Part shown: piece after piece, positions 1 to 7,990 of the stretch
Numbering within the stretch: the first letter of the stretch is position 1
Layout of the letters: each line of letters begins with the position of its first letter
DNA from: Chloroflexota bacterium
GTDB lineage: Bacteria; Chloroflexota; Dehalococcoidia; UBA2979
Reading direction: 5' to 3'
DNA: 62,384 nucleotides
Assembly (NCBI GenBank): GCA_027592645.1
Contig: JAQCKI010000002.1
Location: forward strand, 1-62,384
The notes under the pieces: model-generated
Seen by the model: only the letters and a program-made list of their open reading frames with translations
The model's database searches: none
Told to the model about the DNA's origin: nothing
Made by a program: the position numbers and the translations under genes

Positions 1-222
1 GGCAGGGCTCCCCGGCAAGCCGGTGACCAGCGTCACCGTCTTGCCGCCGCGCCCGGCCTTGGTGCGCTGGACGCGCACCCAGCCATCGGCGGGCGGCGCG
101 GTGCGCGATGGCGTACCAGCGGGCTTCGGTGCTTCGGCGCGACGCGCCCGCGAGGGTGCCTCGCCGGTGACGCGCTCGCCATCGGTGGAGTAGACCAGCC
201 GCGAGTTCGGGTCGCGCGCCAC
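1..222 (-). CDS. yciH: Translation initiation factor SUI1/YciH family protein, N-terminal part (C-terminus lies left of the window)
   Basis: Not in the ORF track because it runs off the window. The minus-strand frame from GTG at 222 reads VARDPNSRLVYSTDGERV...DGWVRVQRTKAGRGGKTVTLVTGLPG. This matches the NSRLVYST and R.QR..GR.GK.VT.ITGL signatures of E. coli YciH. A GGGAGGG Shine-Dalgarno lies 6 nt upstream, inside the end of the preceding gene. Confidence 0.75.
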   Translation of the reverse strand, partial: MARDPNSRLVYSTDGERVTGEAPSRARRAEAPKPAGTPSRTAPPADGWVRVQRTKAGRGGKTVTLVTGLPGSPA

Positions 223-223
223 C

Positions 224-763
224 TCAGCCCTCCCGTGCGCCCTCGAACCGGCGGGCCCGCCAGATCGCGACCTGCAGCGCCAGGATCGAGATGAACCCGA
301 CCCCCGCCATGAACGGGATCGAGATGAAGCCCAGTTCTTCGACGTGACGGAAGGTGCACGGCACGCCCGCGGTGCAGACCGTGGCCTGCTCGGGGAAGAG
401 TTCCAACTGGTAGTGATAGACGGACACGAGCAGGCCGATGACCGCCAGCGGCACGACGTACTTCGCCGCTCGGACGTCACGGGTCACGGCCGCTGCCAGC
501 AGGATCAGCACGAGCGGGTACATCGCGATGCGCTGGTACCAGCAGAGCAGGCAGGGGACGAAGTTGGCGACCTCCGAGTAGTAGAGGGAGCCGCTCATCG
601 CGAGCAGCGCGACGCCGAACGCCAGCCATTGCCCTCGGGCAACCAGTAGCCGCCGAAGGCTCTCCGCCGCGGGGGCACCGGCACCGAGCGCGGCAGCGCT
701 CGATGCGAACAGCACCAGCAGGGATCCGATCGCGAGAATTGGCGAGATCGTGCTCTCTGGCAT
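224..763 (-). CDS. DsbB/BdbC-family disulfide bond formation protein (membrane thiol-disulfide oxidoreductase)
   Basis: ORF 224..826 trimmed to the ATG at 763 (MPESTISPILAIG...). Four hydrophobic helices. Has a CLLCWYQR CxxC motif and a second Cys pair (CTAGVPC), as in BdbC-type DsbB. Lies near a thioredoxin-fold gene. Confidence 0.85.
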   Translation of the reverse strand: MPESTISPILAIGSLLVLFASSAAALGAGAPAAESLRRLLVARGQWLAFGVALLAMSGSLYYSEVANFVPCLLCWYQRIAMYPLVLILLAAAVTRDVRAAKYVVPLAVIGLLVSVYHYQLELFPEQATVCTAGVPCTFRHVEELGFISIPFMAGVGFISILALQVAIWRARRFEGAREG

Positions 764-847
764 GGTTCCCCTGATCGCGCGTGGGATGCACGCCCAGTGT
801 ATCCCGCAAGGTCGTCTGAGCCTCACGGTGCCCCCGAGCAGGCCGGC

Positions 848-1096
848 CTACCGCGCCGGAGGCTCCCGCATCGCCTCGATCAGCTGCTCCAGGCGCGCCG
901 CCTCGATCTGCCACGACGACAGGCCGGCCAGACGCGCGGTGCGCTCGCCGGATCCGTGGTCGTCGACGATGCTCAGTCGCTCGATCTCGCGTCGGGCGGC
1001 CTCCAGGCGGGCGCGCAGCACGTCGAGTGACTCCCGTTCGCCCTCGACCGAATCCACCATCGAGGCCTCCGCTGGTGCTCGCCGAGGCGGGGACAC
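848..1096 (-). CDS. Hypothetical small coiled-coil protein
   Basis: 82-codon ORF filling the gap between the DsbB-like and TlpA-like genes. Heptad-like charged sequence (LDVLRARLEAARREIERL...WQIEAARLEQLIEAM). No recognisable family, and it could be a shadow ORF. Confidence 0.3.
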   Translation of the reverse strand: MSPPRRAPAEASMVDSVEGERESLDVLRARLEAARREIERLSIVDDHGSGERTARLAGLSSWQIEAARLEQLIEAMREPPAR

Positions 1097-1166
1097 GGCT
1101 GCCAGGCCGCGGCGCGCCGCCTCACCGCGCCGGGTTCACAACCCGACCGTGCTCTAACCTAGGGGT

Positions 1167-1739
1167 ATGGACGCACCGATGCAGCAAGAGTCGCTCCGCA
1201 GGCGGCTCATGCGCTACTTCCTGGTCTTCGTGATCGTCGGCGGCACCACGGCGGTGCTCGTGCAGCGCGAGTTCCTCGGCGACGCGGACGGCAGCGTGGT
1301 CGCCGGCCAGGCGTTGGAGATTGGGCGGCCCGCACCGGACTTCACGCTGGAGACGGTGGACGGCACGTTCCGCCTCTCCGAGGCGCGCGGCAAGGTGGTG
1401 ATGGTCAACTTCTGGGCGACGTGGTGCGGCCCCTGCCGGTTCGAGATGCCGGAGTTCCAGAAGGCGCACGACGCGCGGCTGGAGGCGGGCGACTTCCAGA
1501 TCGTCGCGGTCAACCTCACCTCCTCCGACTCGCGCGAGGGCGCGCTGCGGTTCGTGGACGAACTCGGCCTCACATTCACGATCGCCTTCGATGTCACCGG
1601 CAGCGTGGCGCAGACGTACGGCGTCCTGGGCCTGCCGGCGACGTTCTTCATCGATCGCGACGGCATCCTGCGGTCGCGCTCGTACGGGCCGGTGCTGGGC
1701 GACCGCCTCGCGGAGAGCATCGCCGCCGCGGGCGGCTAG
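1167..1739 (+). CDS. TlpA/ResA-like membrane-anchored thioredoxin-fold thiol-disulfide oxidoreductase
   Basis: N-terminal TM helix (YFLVFVIVGGTTAVLV). WATWCGPC active site. Redoxin-fold sequence follows (GLPATFFIDRDG). Confidence 0.9.
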   Translation: MDAPMQQESLRRRLMRYFLVFVIVGGTTAVLVQREFLGDADGSVVAGQALEIGRPAPDFTLETVDGTFRLSEARGKVVMVNFWATWCGPCRFEMPEFQKAHDARLEAGDFQIVAVNLTSSDSREGALRFVDELGLTFTIAFDVTGSVAQTYGVLGLPATFFIDRDGILRSRSYGPVLGDRLAESIAAAGG

Positions 1740-1752
1740 CGCGGAGACGTCG

Positions 1753-2571
1753 ATGGCGATCAACCGGCGACAACTCGGACGGTCCGGCCTGATGGTGACG
1801 GAGCTAGGCCTCGGTGCGATGGACACGCCGACCTCGGACGAGGGCGCCGAGACGCTCCGGGCCGCGGTGGACGCCGGCATCAACTTCATCGACACCGCGC
1901 GCGAGTACGCTGGGAGCGAATTCCTCATCGGCCAGGAGGTGCGCGCGCGCGAGTCGCGTGACTTCCTGATCGCGAGCAAGACGTTCAGCCACTCGATCAA
2001 CGGCAGTCAGCGCGATGTCGATCGTTCGCTGAGCACGCTCGGCGTGGAGCAGATCGACCTCTATCAATTGCACGACATCTCGACGCCAGAGGCGTGGCGC
2101 GAAGTGACCTCGGACGAAGGCGCGCTGGCTGGCCTGCAGATCGCGCAGTATCGCGGCCTCGTCGGCCACATCGGCGTCTCTTGCCACGACATCGATGTGG
2201 CGCGCGAGGCGATTAGGAGCGGCCACTTCAGCGCGATCATGCTGGAGTACTCCGCCTTCTTTCCGGAGACCGCGCACCTGATCGACCTCGCCGCGTCACT
2301 CGATGTGGGCGTGATCGTGATGCGGCCGCTCGGTGGGTCGGGCCGCACCAGCACCATGCGCGGCCGGCTAGCCGAGGGCTACGACGGCCCGCTCACCGCG
2401 CCGAACCTCCTGCGCTATGTCCTCTCCCACCCCGGCGTCTCCACGGCGATTCCCGGCGCCCGGTACCCGTCGCGCATCCACGAGAACGTTGCGGCGGTGA
2501 CCGACTACGAGCCGATGGATGAGGGCGAGCGGCGCGCGCTGGAGACCGAGGCAGCCCGTCTGTTCTTCTAG
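1753..2571 (+). CDS. Aldo/keto reductase family oxidoreductase
   Basis: ORF 1591..2571 trimmed to the ATG at 1753 (MAINRRQLGRSGLMVTELGLG), a typical AKR N-terminus. Also has INFIDTAREYAGSE and IDLYQLHD motifs. Confidence 0.85.
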   Translation: MAINRRQLGRSGLMVTELGLGAMDTPTSDEGAETLRAAVDAGINFIDTAREYAGSEFLIGQEVRARESRDFLIASKTFSHSINGSQRDVDRSLSTLGVEQIDLYQLHDISTPEAWREVTSDEGALAGLQIAQYRGLVGHIGVSCHDIDVAREAIRSGHFSAIMLEYSAFFPETAHLIDLAASLDVGVIVMRPLGGSGRTSTMRGRLAEGYDGPLTAPNLLRYVLSHPGVSTAIPGARYPSRIHENVAAVTDYEPMDEGERRALETEAARLFF

Positions 2572-2654
2572 CAGGTGTCCACCTCCCGGCCACTCGACGC
2601 CCCGCCTACGATCTCGGCTTGCCGTGGCGAGCACGGCGACGGCAGAGGTGGCGA

Positions 2655-3419
2655 GTGATCGACAAGGTCGTGGCAACGTTCGATGAGGCGGTGGCGGACA
2701 TCGCCTCGGGCGCGCGCGTCCACTGCGGAGGCTTCGCCTCGCCCTTCAACATGCCCTCCTATCTGATCGCGGCGCTGGCACGCCTCGGCGCGGACGGGCT
2801 GACGGTGGCGTCCACCTCGGCGGGCACGGGGATGGCGAACGCTCAGCAGTTGCGCGAGCAACTGGCGCCCATCGTCGCGTGGCCGATGGACTACTGGGAT
2901 CCGGGACTGCTCGCCGAACTCGGGCGCATCAAGCGGCTGATCACCACGTTCCCGGTCTCCACCGGCCATGCGCGGATGTGGCCGTTCGAGGCGGCACTGG
3001 AGCGCGGCGAGGTGGAACTCGAACTCATTGGCCAGGGCTCGCTGGCCGAGCGGATCCGCTGCGCCAAGGCGGGCATCGCCGGCTTCTACACGCCAGTCGG
3101 CCCCGGTACCGCGACCGCCGAAGGCAAAGAGGTGCGCGACTTCGATGGCGTCCCGCACGTCCTCGAACGTGCGTTGCACGCGGACTTCGCAATCATCCGC
3201 GCCTGGAAGGCGGACCGGTACGGGAACCTGGTCTTCCGCGGTGCACGCACCTTCAACGAGACGATGGCGGGCGCAGCGCGCGTCACGATCGCGGAGGTGG
3301 ATGAAGTGGTGCCGCTGGGCGACCTCGCACCCGACGCCATCCACACGCCGGGCGTGTACGTGCAGCGGATCGTGGTGCGCCCGGCGGCGCCGGCGCAGCG
3401 CTGGGAGGACCCGTGCTAG
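2655..3419 (+). CDS. Family I CoA-transferase, subunit A (3-oxoacid/acetate CoA-transferase alpha-like)
   Basis: ORF 2619..3419. The likely start is the GTG at 2655 (VIDKVVATFDEAVADI) with GAGGTGG upstream. Has GFYTPVG and ADFAIIRAWKADRYGNLVF motifs typical of ScoA/AtoD. Confidence 0.85.
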   Translation: MIDKVVATFDEAVADIASGARVHCGGFASPFNMPSYLIAALARLGADGLTVASTSAGTGMANAQQLREQLAPIVAWPMDYWDPGLLAELGRIKRLITTFPVSTGHARMWPFEAALERGEVELELIGQGSLAERIRCAKAGIAGFYTPVGPGTATAEGKEVRDFDGVPHVLERALHADFAIIRAWKADRYGNLVFRGARTFNETMAGAARVTIAEVDEVVPLGDLAPDAIHTPGVYVQRIVVRPAAPAQRWEDPC

Positions 3420-4087
3420 AGCCGCCTCGGCTGGACGCAGCGGTGATGGCGATGGTCGCGGCGCGCGAGTTCCACGATGGCGCGGTGGTGAACCTGGGCA
3501 TCGGGCTGCCGCTCGCCTGCGCCGACTACATCCCGGAGGGGCGGGAGGTGATCCTGCACTCCGAGCACGGACTGCTCGGCTACGGCCCGCTGGCCCAACA
3601 CCCGGACGAGGTCGACCCGTACGTCTTCATGGTCGGCAACCGCCCGGTCCGGCCGAGGCCGGGCATGGTCTTCCTCAGCCACGATGAATCGTTCGCCATC
3701 GTGCGGGGCGGGCACATCGATGTCACCGTGCTAGGCGGGCTGCAGGTGGACACCGGAGGCAACCTGGCGAACACGCACGTCCCCGGCAAGATCGCGGGGA
3801 ACCTCGGCGGCGCGCCGGATCTCGCGACGTGCGCGAAGCGAACGGTGGTGTTGATGTACCACACCGCCCGCGACGGCTCCCCGAAGGTCGTCGAGCGCTG
3901 CACGCTGCCACTGACCGCGGCTGCGTGCGTGAACCGCATCGTGACCGATGTGGCGGTGATCGATGTCACCGAGGGCGGCCTGCTCCTGCGCGAAGTCGCC
4001 CCCGGATGGTCGGCGGAGGCCGTGCAGCAGGTCACGGGTGCCACCCTCGTGATCGCCGAGGACTTGCGCGAGGTCACGATCGGCTGA
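3413..4087 (+). CDS. Family I CoA-transferase, subunit B
   Basis: GTG start overlaps the subunit A stop and has GGGAGGA upstream. VNLGIGLP is present. HSEHG occupies the position of the catalytic-Glu SENG motif. GGAPDL is also present. Together with 2655..3419 it forms a split A/B pair. Confidence 0.85.
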   Translation: MLEPPRLDAAVMAMVAAREFHDGAVVNLGIGLPLACADYIPEGREVILHSEHGLLGYGPLAQHPDEVDPYVFMVGNRPVRPRPGMVFLSHDESFAIVRGGHIDVTVLGGLQVDTGGNLANTHVPGKIAGNLGGAPDLATCAKRTVVLMYHTARDGSPKVVERCTLPLTAAACVNRIVTDVAVIDVTEGGLLLREVAPGWSAEAVQQVTGATLVIAEDLREVTIG

Positions 4088-4135
4088 CGGCTGACGGCTG
4101 ACGGCTGACGGCTGACGGCTGACGGCTGACGGCTG
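4082..4135. repeat. Perfect heptanucleotide tandem array (GGCTGAC) x7 plus a partial eighth unit
   Basis: Direct reading gives seven identical head-to-tail GGCTGAC units at 4082-4130, then GGCTG. The TGA stop of the upstream CDS (4085-4087) lies in unit 1. Confidence 0.95.
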
Positions 4136-4211
4136 TTCGCCAGCCGGTATCGTCCTGAGTAGCGCAGAGACTCGGGCGTCCCGGTCAACCTCGGCGCACG
4201 GCGCGGCAGCA

Positions 4212-4952
4212 ATGGAGTACGCCATGACTGACGAAGCACGGGGTGAACTGACCCGCGGCGCGGTGCTGCGCGCGGCGATCAACATGGGGAACTTCCTGCT
4301 CGTCACGGGCCGCACGCCGGAGGGCGACCCGGACGGCGTCTCGCCCGACATGGCGCGCACGATTGCCGAACGCCTCGGTGTGACGCTGAAACTCGTGCCG
4401 TTCAAGTCGCCCGGCGAGATCGCAGACGCGGTCGAGGTGGACGCGTGGGACATCGCGCTGATCGGCGCCGAGCCACAGCGCGCCGAGAAGATCGAGTTCA
4501 CCGCCGCCTACGCGGAGATCGAGTCGACCTACCTCGTGCCCGCGGGTTCGCCGATCCAGTCGATCGATGAGGTCGACCGCCCGGGGGTGCGCATCATCAC
4601 CTCGGCGCGCAGCGCGTATGGGCTGTGGCTCGAACGAAACATCAAGCAGGCCACGCTCATCGCCTCCGACAGCCCGGGTGGCGCGACTGCACAGTTCATC
4701 GAGCAGGGGCTCGATGTGCTCGCCGGGCTGCGACCCGGCCTGCTGGAGGACGCCGCGAAGATGCCGGGCGCGCGTGTGCTGGACGGCCAGTTTGCGGCCG
4801 TGCAGCAGGCGGTGGGGACACCGAAGGCGAACACGGCCGCGGCGGCGTTCCTGCGCGAGTTCGTGGAGGAGGCGAAGTCCTCCGGGCTGGTCGCGCGGCT
4901 GATCGAGAAGCACGGCGTCCAGGGGCGGCTCTCGGTGGCGCCGCCCGCCTGA
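4212..4952 (+). CDS. Type-2 periplasmic-binding-protein fold (family 3 solute-binding) domain protein without signal peptide
   Basis: 246 aa. Amino-acid-type SBP sequence (DIALIGAEPQRAEKIEFTAAYAEIESTYLV, GVRIITSARSAYGLWL). The N-terminus is polar with no hydrophobic signal, and no adjacent permease or ATPase gene is present. Confidence 0.7.
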   Translation: MEYAMTDEARGELTRGAVLRAAINMGNFLLVTGRTPEGDPDGVSPDMARTIAERLGVTLKLVPFKSPGEIADAVEVDAWDIALIGAEPQRAEKIEFTAAYAEIESTYLVPAGSPIQSIDEVDRPGVRIITSARSAYGLWLERNIKQATLIASDSPGGATAQFIEQGLDVLAGLRPGLLEDAAKMPGARVLDGQFAAVQQAVGTPKANTAAAAFLREFVEEAKSSGLVARLIEKHGVQGRLSVAPPA

Positions 4953-4967
4953 GCCCGGCCCGTCGGC

Positions 4968-6341
4968 CTACGTCGTCGTGTCGAGCCTGATCGGCAGCGG
5001 CACGTCCGGGTAGTCGGCGAGCAGCCGTCCCCATGCGCGGCGGCCGATGCGTTCCGCCTCCGCGACGATCGCGGGCTCGTCCATCGTCAGCACCGCGCCG
5101 TCGCGCATCACCCATGCGCCATCCACCATCATCGAGCGCACATCGGCGGGCGTGCCCTGGTGCACGAACGCGGAGACGATGCGCATGGTGGGCACGAGGT
5201 GCGCGCGCTGCGTATCGATCACGATCAGGTCCGCCTTCTTGCCGACCTCGAGCGAACCGGAATCGGTGAGGCCCAGCGCGCGATGGCCGTTCGCGGTCGC
5301 CCACTGGAGCACCTCCTCGGGCGTGGGCTGCTCGCCGTCGCCGAGGCGGACGCGCTCCATGAACAGGCCGGTGCGCATTACCTCCACCATGTCTTCCGCC
5401 ATGTTGTCGCTGCCCATGGCGATGGTGCAGCCGGCGGCGGCCAGTTCCGAGACACGCGGGCTGTAGCCGCGCCGCGCCGCGATCGCCGAGTTGAACGATG
5501 CGTACGCGCCGGATCGGCCGAGCAGCGCGATTTCGCGCGTCTCCATGCAGCGGCAGTGACCGGCGACCAGCCGGTCATGGAGGTAGTCGTTCTGGAACAG
5601 GTACTCGGTGGGCAGCACGCCGCGGACGCGCATCACCGCCTCCACCTCCCACCACGACTGGTTGAGGTGGATCGTGGCGATCGTGCCCAGGCGCTCCTGC
5701 AGGTCGCGCAGCCGGCGGAGCAACCCCGGCGACACCGCCTCGGGCGCATGCGCGGCGACGGCGACCGAGAGCCGCCCGTCGGCCGCGCCGTGCCAGCGCG
5801 TGTGCAGCGCCTCGATGCGTTCGAGCGAGGCCTCGCCGCGCGCATCGTCGTACTCGAACACACCGTCGTGAGCCGCCTTTGGCTGATCGAGGTCCGCCGC
5901 GGTCTCGCCGAGCACGATGCGGATGCCGGTCGACGCCATCGCCTCCGCGTACACCTCGAGGTTGCCGCCAATCTCGAACGCTGCCGTGGTGCCGGAGCGG
6001 ATCGACTCCAGCGCGCCCAGTTGCGCCATCACGGTCCGCTCCTCGTCCGTGATGTAGGAGGCGACAGCGCGCGGGAACTTCAGCGTGGAGGGGAACGAGA
6101 AGTCCTCCTGGATGCCGCGTGACAGCGTCAGGGTGAAGTGCGTGTGGCAGTTCGCGAAGCCCGGCATCACCGCCTTGCCTCGGCCATCCACGACCTCTGC
6201 GCCGGGCAGCCGCGCGTGCACCTCCGCGCTCGGCCCGAGCGCCACGATCCGGTCGTCCTCGATGCCAATCGCCGCGTCGTAGAGCACCCGCCGGCCGGCA
6301 TCGGCGGACACAATTGTGGCGTGGTCGATGATCGTGGGCAC
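4968..6341 (-). CDS. Metal-dependent amidohydrolase (chlorohydrolase / aminohydrolase, TrzA-AtzA / MTA-SAH deaminase-like)
   Basis: ORF 4968..6476 trimmed to the GTG at 6341 (VPTIIDHATIVSAD). Has an HxH metal motif (FANCHTHF), plus IHLNQS and AMGSDN motifs characteristic of the amidohydrolase superfamily. Confidence 0.85.
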   Translation of the reverse strand: MPTIIDHATIVSADAGRRVLYDAAIGIEDDRIVALGPSAEVHARLPGAEVVDGRGKAVMPGFANCHTHFTLTLSRGIQEDFSFPSTLKFPRAVASYITDEERTVMAQLGALESIRSGTTAAFEIGGNLEVYAEAMASTGIRIVLGETAADLDQPKAAHDGVFEYDDARGEASLERIEALHTRWHGAADGRLSVAVAAHAPEAVSPGLLRRLRDLQERLGTIATIHLNQSWWEVEAVMRVRGVLPTEYLFQNDYLHDRLVAGHCRCMETREIALLGRSGAYASFNSAIAARRGYSPRVSELAAAGCTIAMGSDNMAEDMVEVMRTGLFMERVRLGDGEQPTPEEVLQWATANGHRALGLTDSGSLEVGKKADLIVIDTQRAHLVPTMRIVSAFVHQGTPADVRSMMVDGAWVMRDGAVLTMDEPAIVAEAERIGRRAWGRLLADYPDVPLPIRLDTTT

Positions 6342-6437
6342 GGGGCACCTCCTGCGGCGGTAACTGCTGCGGGCGGCATCGTAGCGCCGCGCGTCGCCCG
6401 TGCGAGAATCGCCGAGGACGCCACAGGAGGCCGAGCC

Positions 6438-7016
6438 ATGCAGCCGATCACCGACGCGATGGACCTGTTCCGCCACCAGCGCGCGGTGCGCGACTGGTCA
6501 GACCGCCCCGTCACCGACGACGACCTGCGCATCGTGCTGCAGGCGGCGCTCCACGCGCCCTCCGGTTCCAACACGCAGCCGTGGCGCTTCGTCGTGGTGC
6601 GGGATCAGGCAGTGAAGGACGCGATCAGCGACGAGTACGAGGCGGCGCAGACGGGTGATTCGGCGGCCCCGGCGGCGCGACAGCCCTCGGGCAGCGGGAC
6701 GCTGTCGCGGGCGCCGGTACTGATCGTCCCGTGCGTGCAGGTGCCAGCGAGGACGGGCCGTGCGGGTTTCCAGACGGGCGCCTCCGTCTACCCGGCGTGC
6801 CAGAACCTGATGCTCGCGGCGCGCGCCGTGGGGCTGGGCACAGTGATGACCACGCGCCATCGCATCCGCCGCGCGCAGATCCACGCGATCCTGCGTATCC
6901 CCGAGGGGTACGACACGGCCGCGATCATCCCGCTGGGCTGGCCGGATCGCGCCTATGGGCCGAACCGTCGAGCGCCGCTCGACGAGTTCCTCGTGTACGA
7001 CCGCTGGCCGGAGTAG
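6438..7016 (+). CDS. Nitroreductase family protein
   Basis: ATG at 6438 preceded by AGGAGG (6425-6430). Sequence MQPITDAMDLFRHQRAVRDWSDRPV...APSGSNTQPWRFVVV is the classic nitroreductase N-terminal motif. Confidence 0.85.
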   Translation: MQPITDAMDLFRHQRAVRDWSDRPVTDDDLRIVLQAALHAPSGSNTQPWRFVVVRDQAVKDAISDEYEAAQTGDSAAPAARQPSGSGTLSRAPVLIVPCVQVPARTGRAGFQTGASVYPACQNLMLAARAVGLGTVMTTRHRIRRAQIHAILRIPEGYDTAAIIPLGWPDRAYGPNRRAPLDEFLVYDRWPE

Positions 7017-7029
7017 CAGCCGGGCGGCG

Positions 7030-7422
7030 TTAGCCGTCCAGGCGCGACCAGCGGTAGGTGTGGGGCGCGAAGACGATCAGCGTCGGCTCCCCGGTCTGAC
7101 GGCCGCTGCCCGGCTTCTCGCCTAGGTACGCCTCGGCCCCCGCGCCGGTCAACAGGCGCGCATCGCCGTACACGACCACACACGTCGGGCCATCCGAGAC
7201 CGCCAGCGAGACGCCCGGCAGGCGGCGGACGTTCTTCACCTTCGCGGCGTCCGACCCGCTCGCAATGACGATGTCCTCGCCGCGTACCTGGTAACTGAGG
7301 ATCGATTGCTGCGGCGTGCCGTCGCGGCGGCCGGTGGCGAGGATGCCAAGGCGGTGGTTCGCGAGAAACTCGTCCGCCTGCGCCTTGCGCTCTTCGTACG
7401 TCTTGCGTGGCGGTGTGGTCAT
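7030..7422 (-). CDS. Pyridoxamine 5'-phosphate oxidase (PPOX) family flavin/deazaflavin-binding protein
   Basis: 130 aa from the ATG at 7422. HRLGILATGRRDGTPQQSILSY...VKNVRRLPGVSLAV fits the split-barrel PPOX class. Confidence 0.8.
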   Translation of the reverse strand: MTTPPRKTYEERKAQADEFLANHRLGILATGRRDGTPQQSILSYQVRGEDIVIASGSDAAKVKNVRRLPGVSLAVSDGPTCVVVYGDARLLTGAGAEAYLGEKPGSGRQTGEPTLIVFAPHTYRWSRLDG

Positions 7423-7462
7423 CTCGTGCCTCCTCGATGCGTTCGATGTGGCGCGGCCGGGG

Positions 7463-7978
7463 TCATGCCGGGCGCGCGAAACCTGCGGTGTACTGCCAGA
7501 CGGGGTGCTCGGCGGGTTCGTCGGAGAGACGGAAGCGCGGAAGCCCGAGCCCGTCGCCGAGGTCTGCGAAGTCGACCTGCACGCGCAAGCCGATGCCGGT
7601 GCGCTCTTCGTGTTCGGGCTGCCCGAGGGTGTCCACGAGCAGTCCGAGGATGCGCAGCCCGTCGTACTCGGTCGGGACACCGCGCTGCTCATCGAGTTCG
7701 ACGAGGACCACCGGGTACGGCGTCACGCCTCGGAACGCCGGGTGAATGCCGTGCGTGACGATCTGGTACGAGTAGATCGTGCCGCGCCCCGACACGGCCT
7801 CCCACGACCAGCCAAGCGCCTGGCAGAACGGGCAGGCGTTGCCGATGGGGTAGCGCAGGCGGGCACAGTCCTCGCACTTCTGGAGGACAAAGCGGCCCTG
7901 GCCGGCGTGCTCCAGGAACTCGCGGTGCTCGGGGTCGTTGGAGAGGATCTCCACCTTGACGCCCAGGTACTCGGCCAT
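7463..7978 (-). CDS. Zn-ribbon + OB-fold protein (DUF35 family, BbsA / thiolase-associated type)
   Basis: Has a CEDC...CPFC rubredoxin-like zinc ribbon followed by an OB-fold region. Lies immediately downstream of the thiolase-like gene, the canonical DUF35-thiolase pairing. Confidence 0.85.
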   Translation of the reverse strand: MAEYLGVKVEILSNDPEHREFLEHAGQGRFVLQKCEDCARLRYPIGNACPFCQALGWSWEAVSGRGTIYSYQIVTHGIHPAFRGVTPYPVVLVELDEQRGVPTEYDGLRILGLLVDTLGQPEHEERTGIGLRVQVDFADLGDGLGLPRFRLSDEPAEHPVWQYTAGFARPA

Positions 7979-7990
7979 GGTGTCGCCTCC

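Noticed and set aside
33-359. 108-aa minus-strand ORF at the left edge
   Set aside because: It overlaps the DsbB-like gene end and lies in a different frame from the convincing YciH/SUI1 reading (NSRLVYST...). The composition is Arg/Pro/Gly junk.
4082-4135. Possibility that the short tandem arrays (here and at 25150-25190) are CRISPR arrays
   Set aside because: The units are 7-8 nt and strictly head-to-tail with no spacers, and no cas genes are in the window. They are microsatellite-type repeats.
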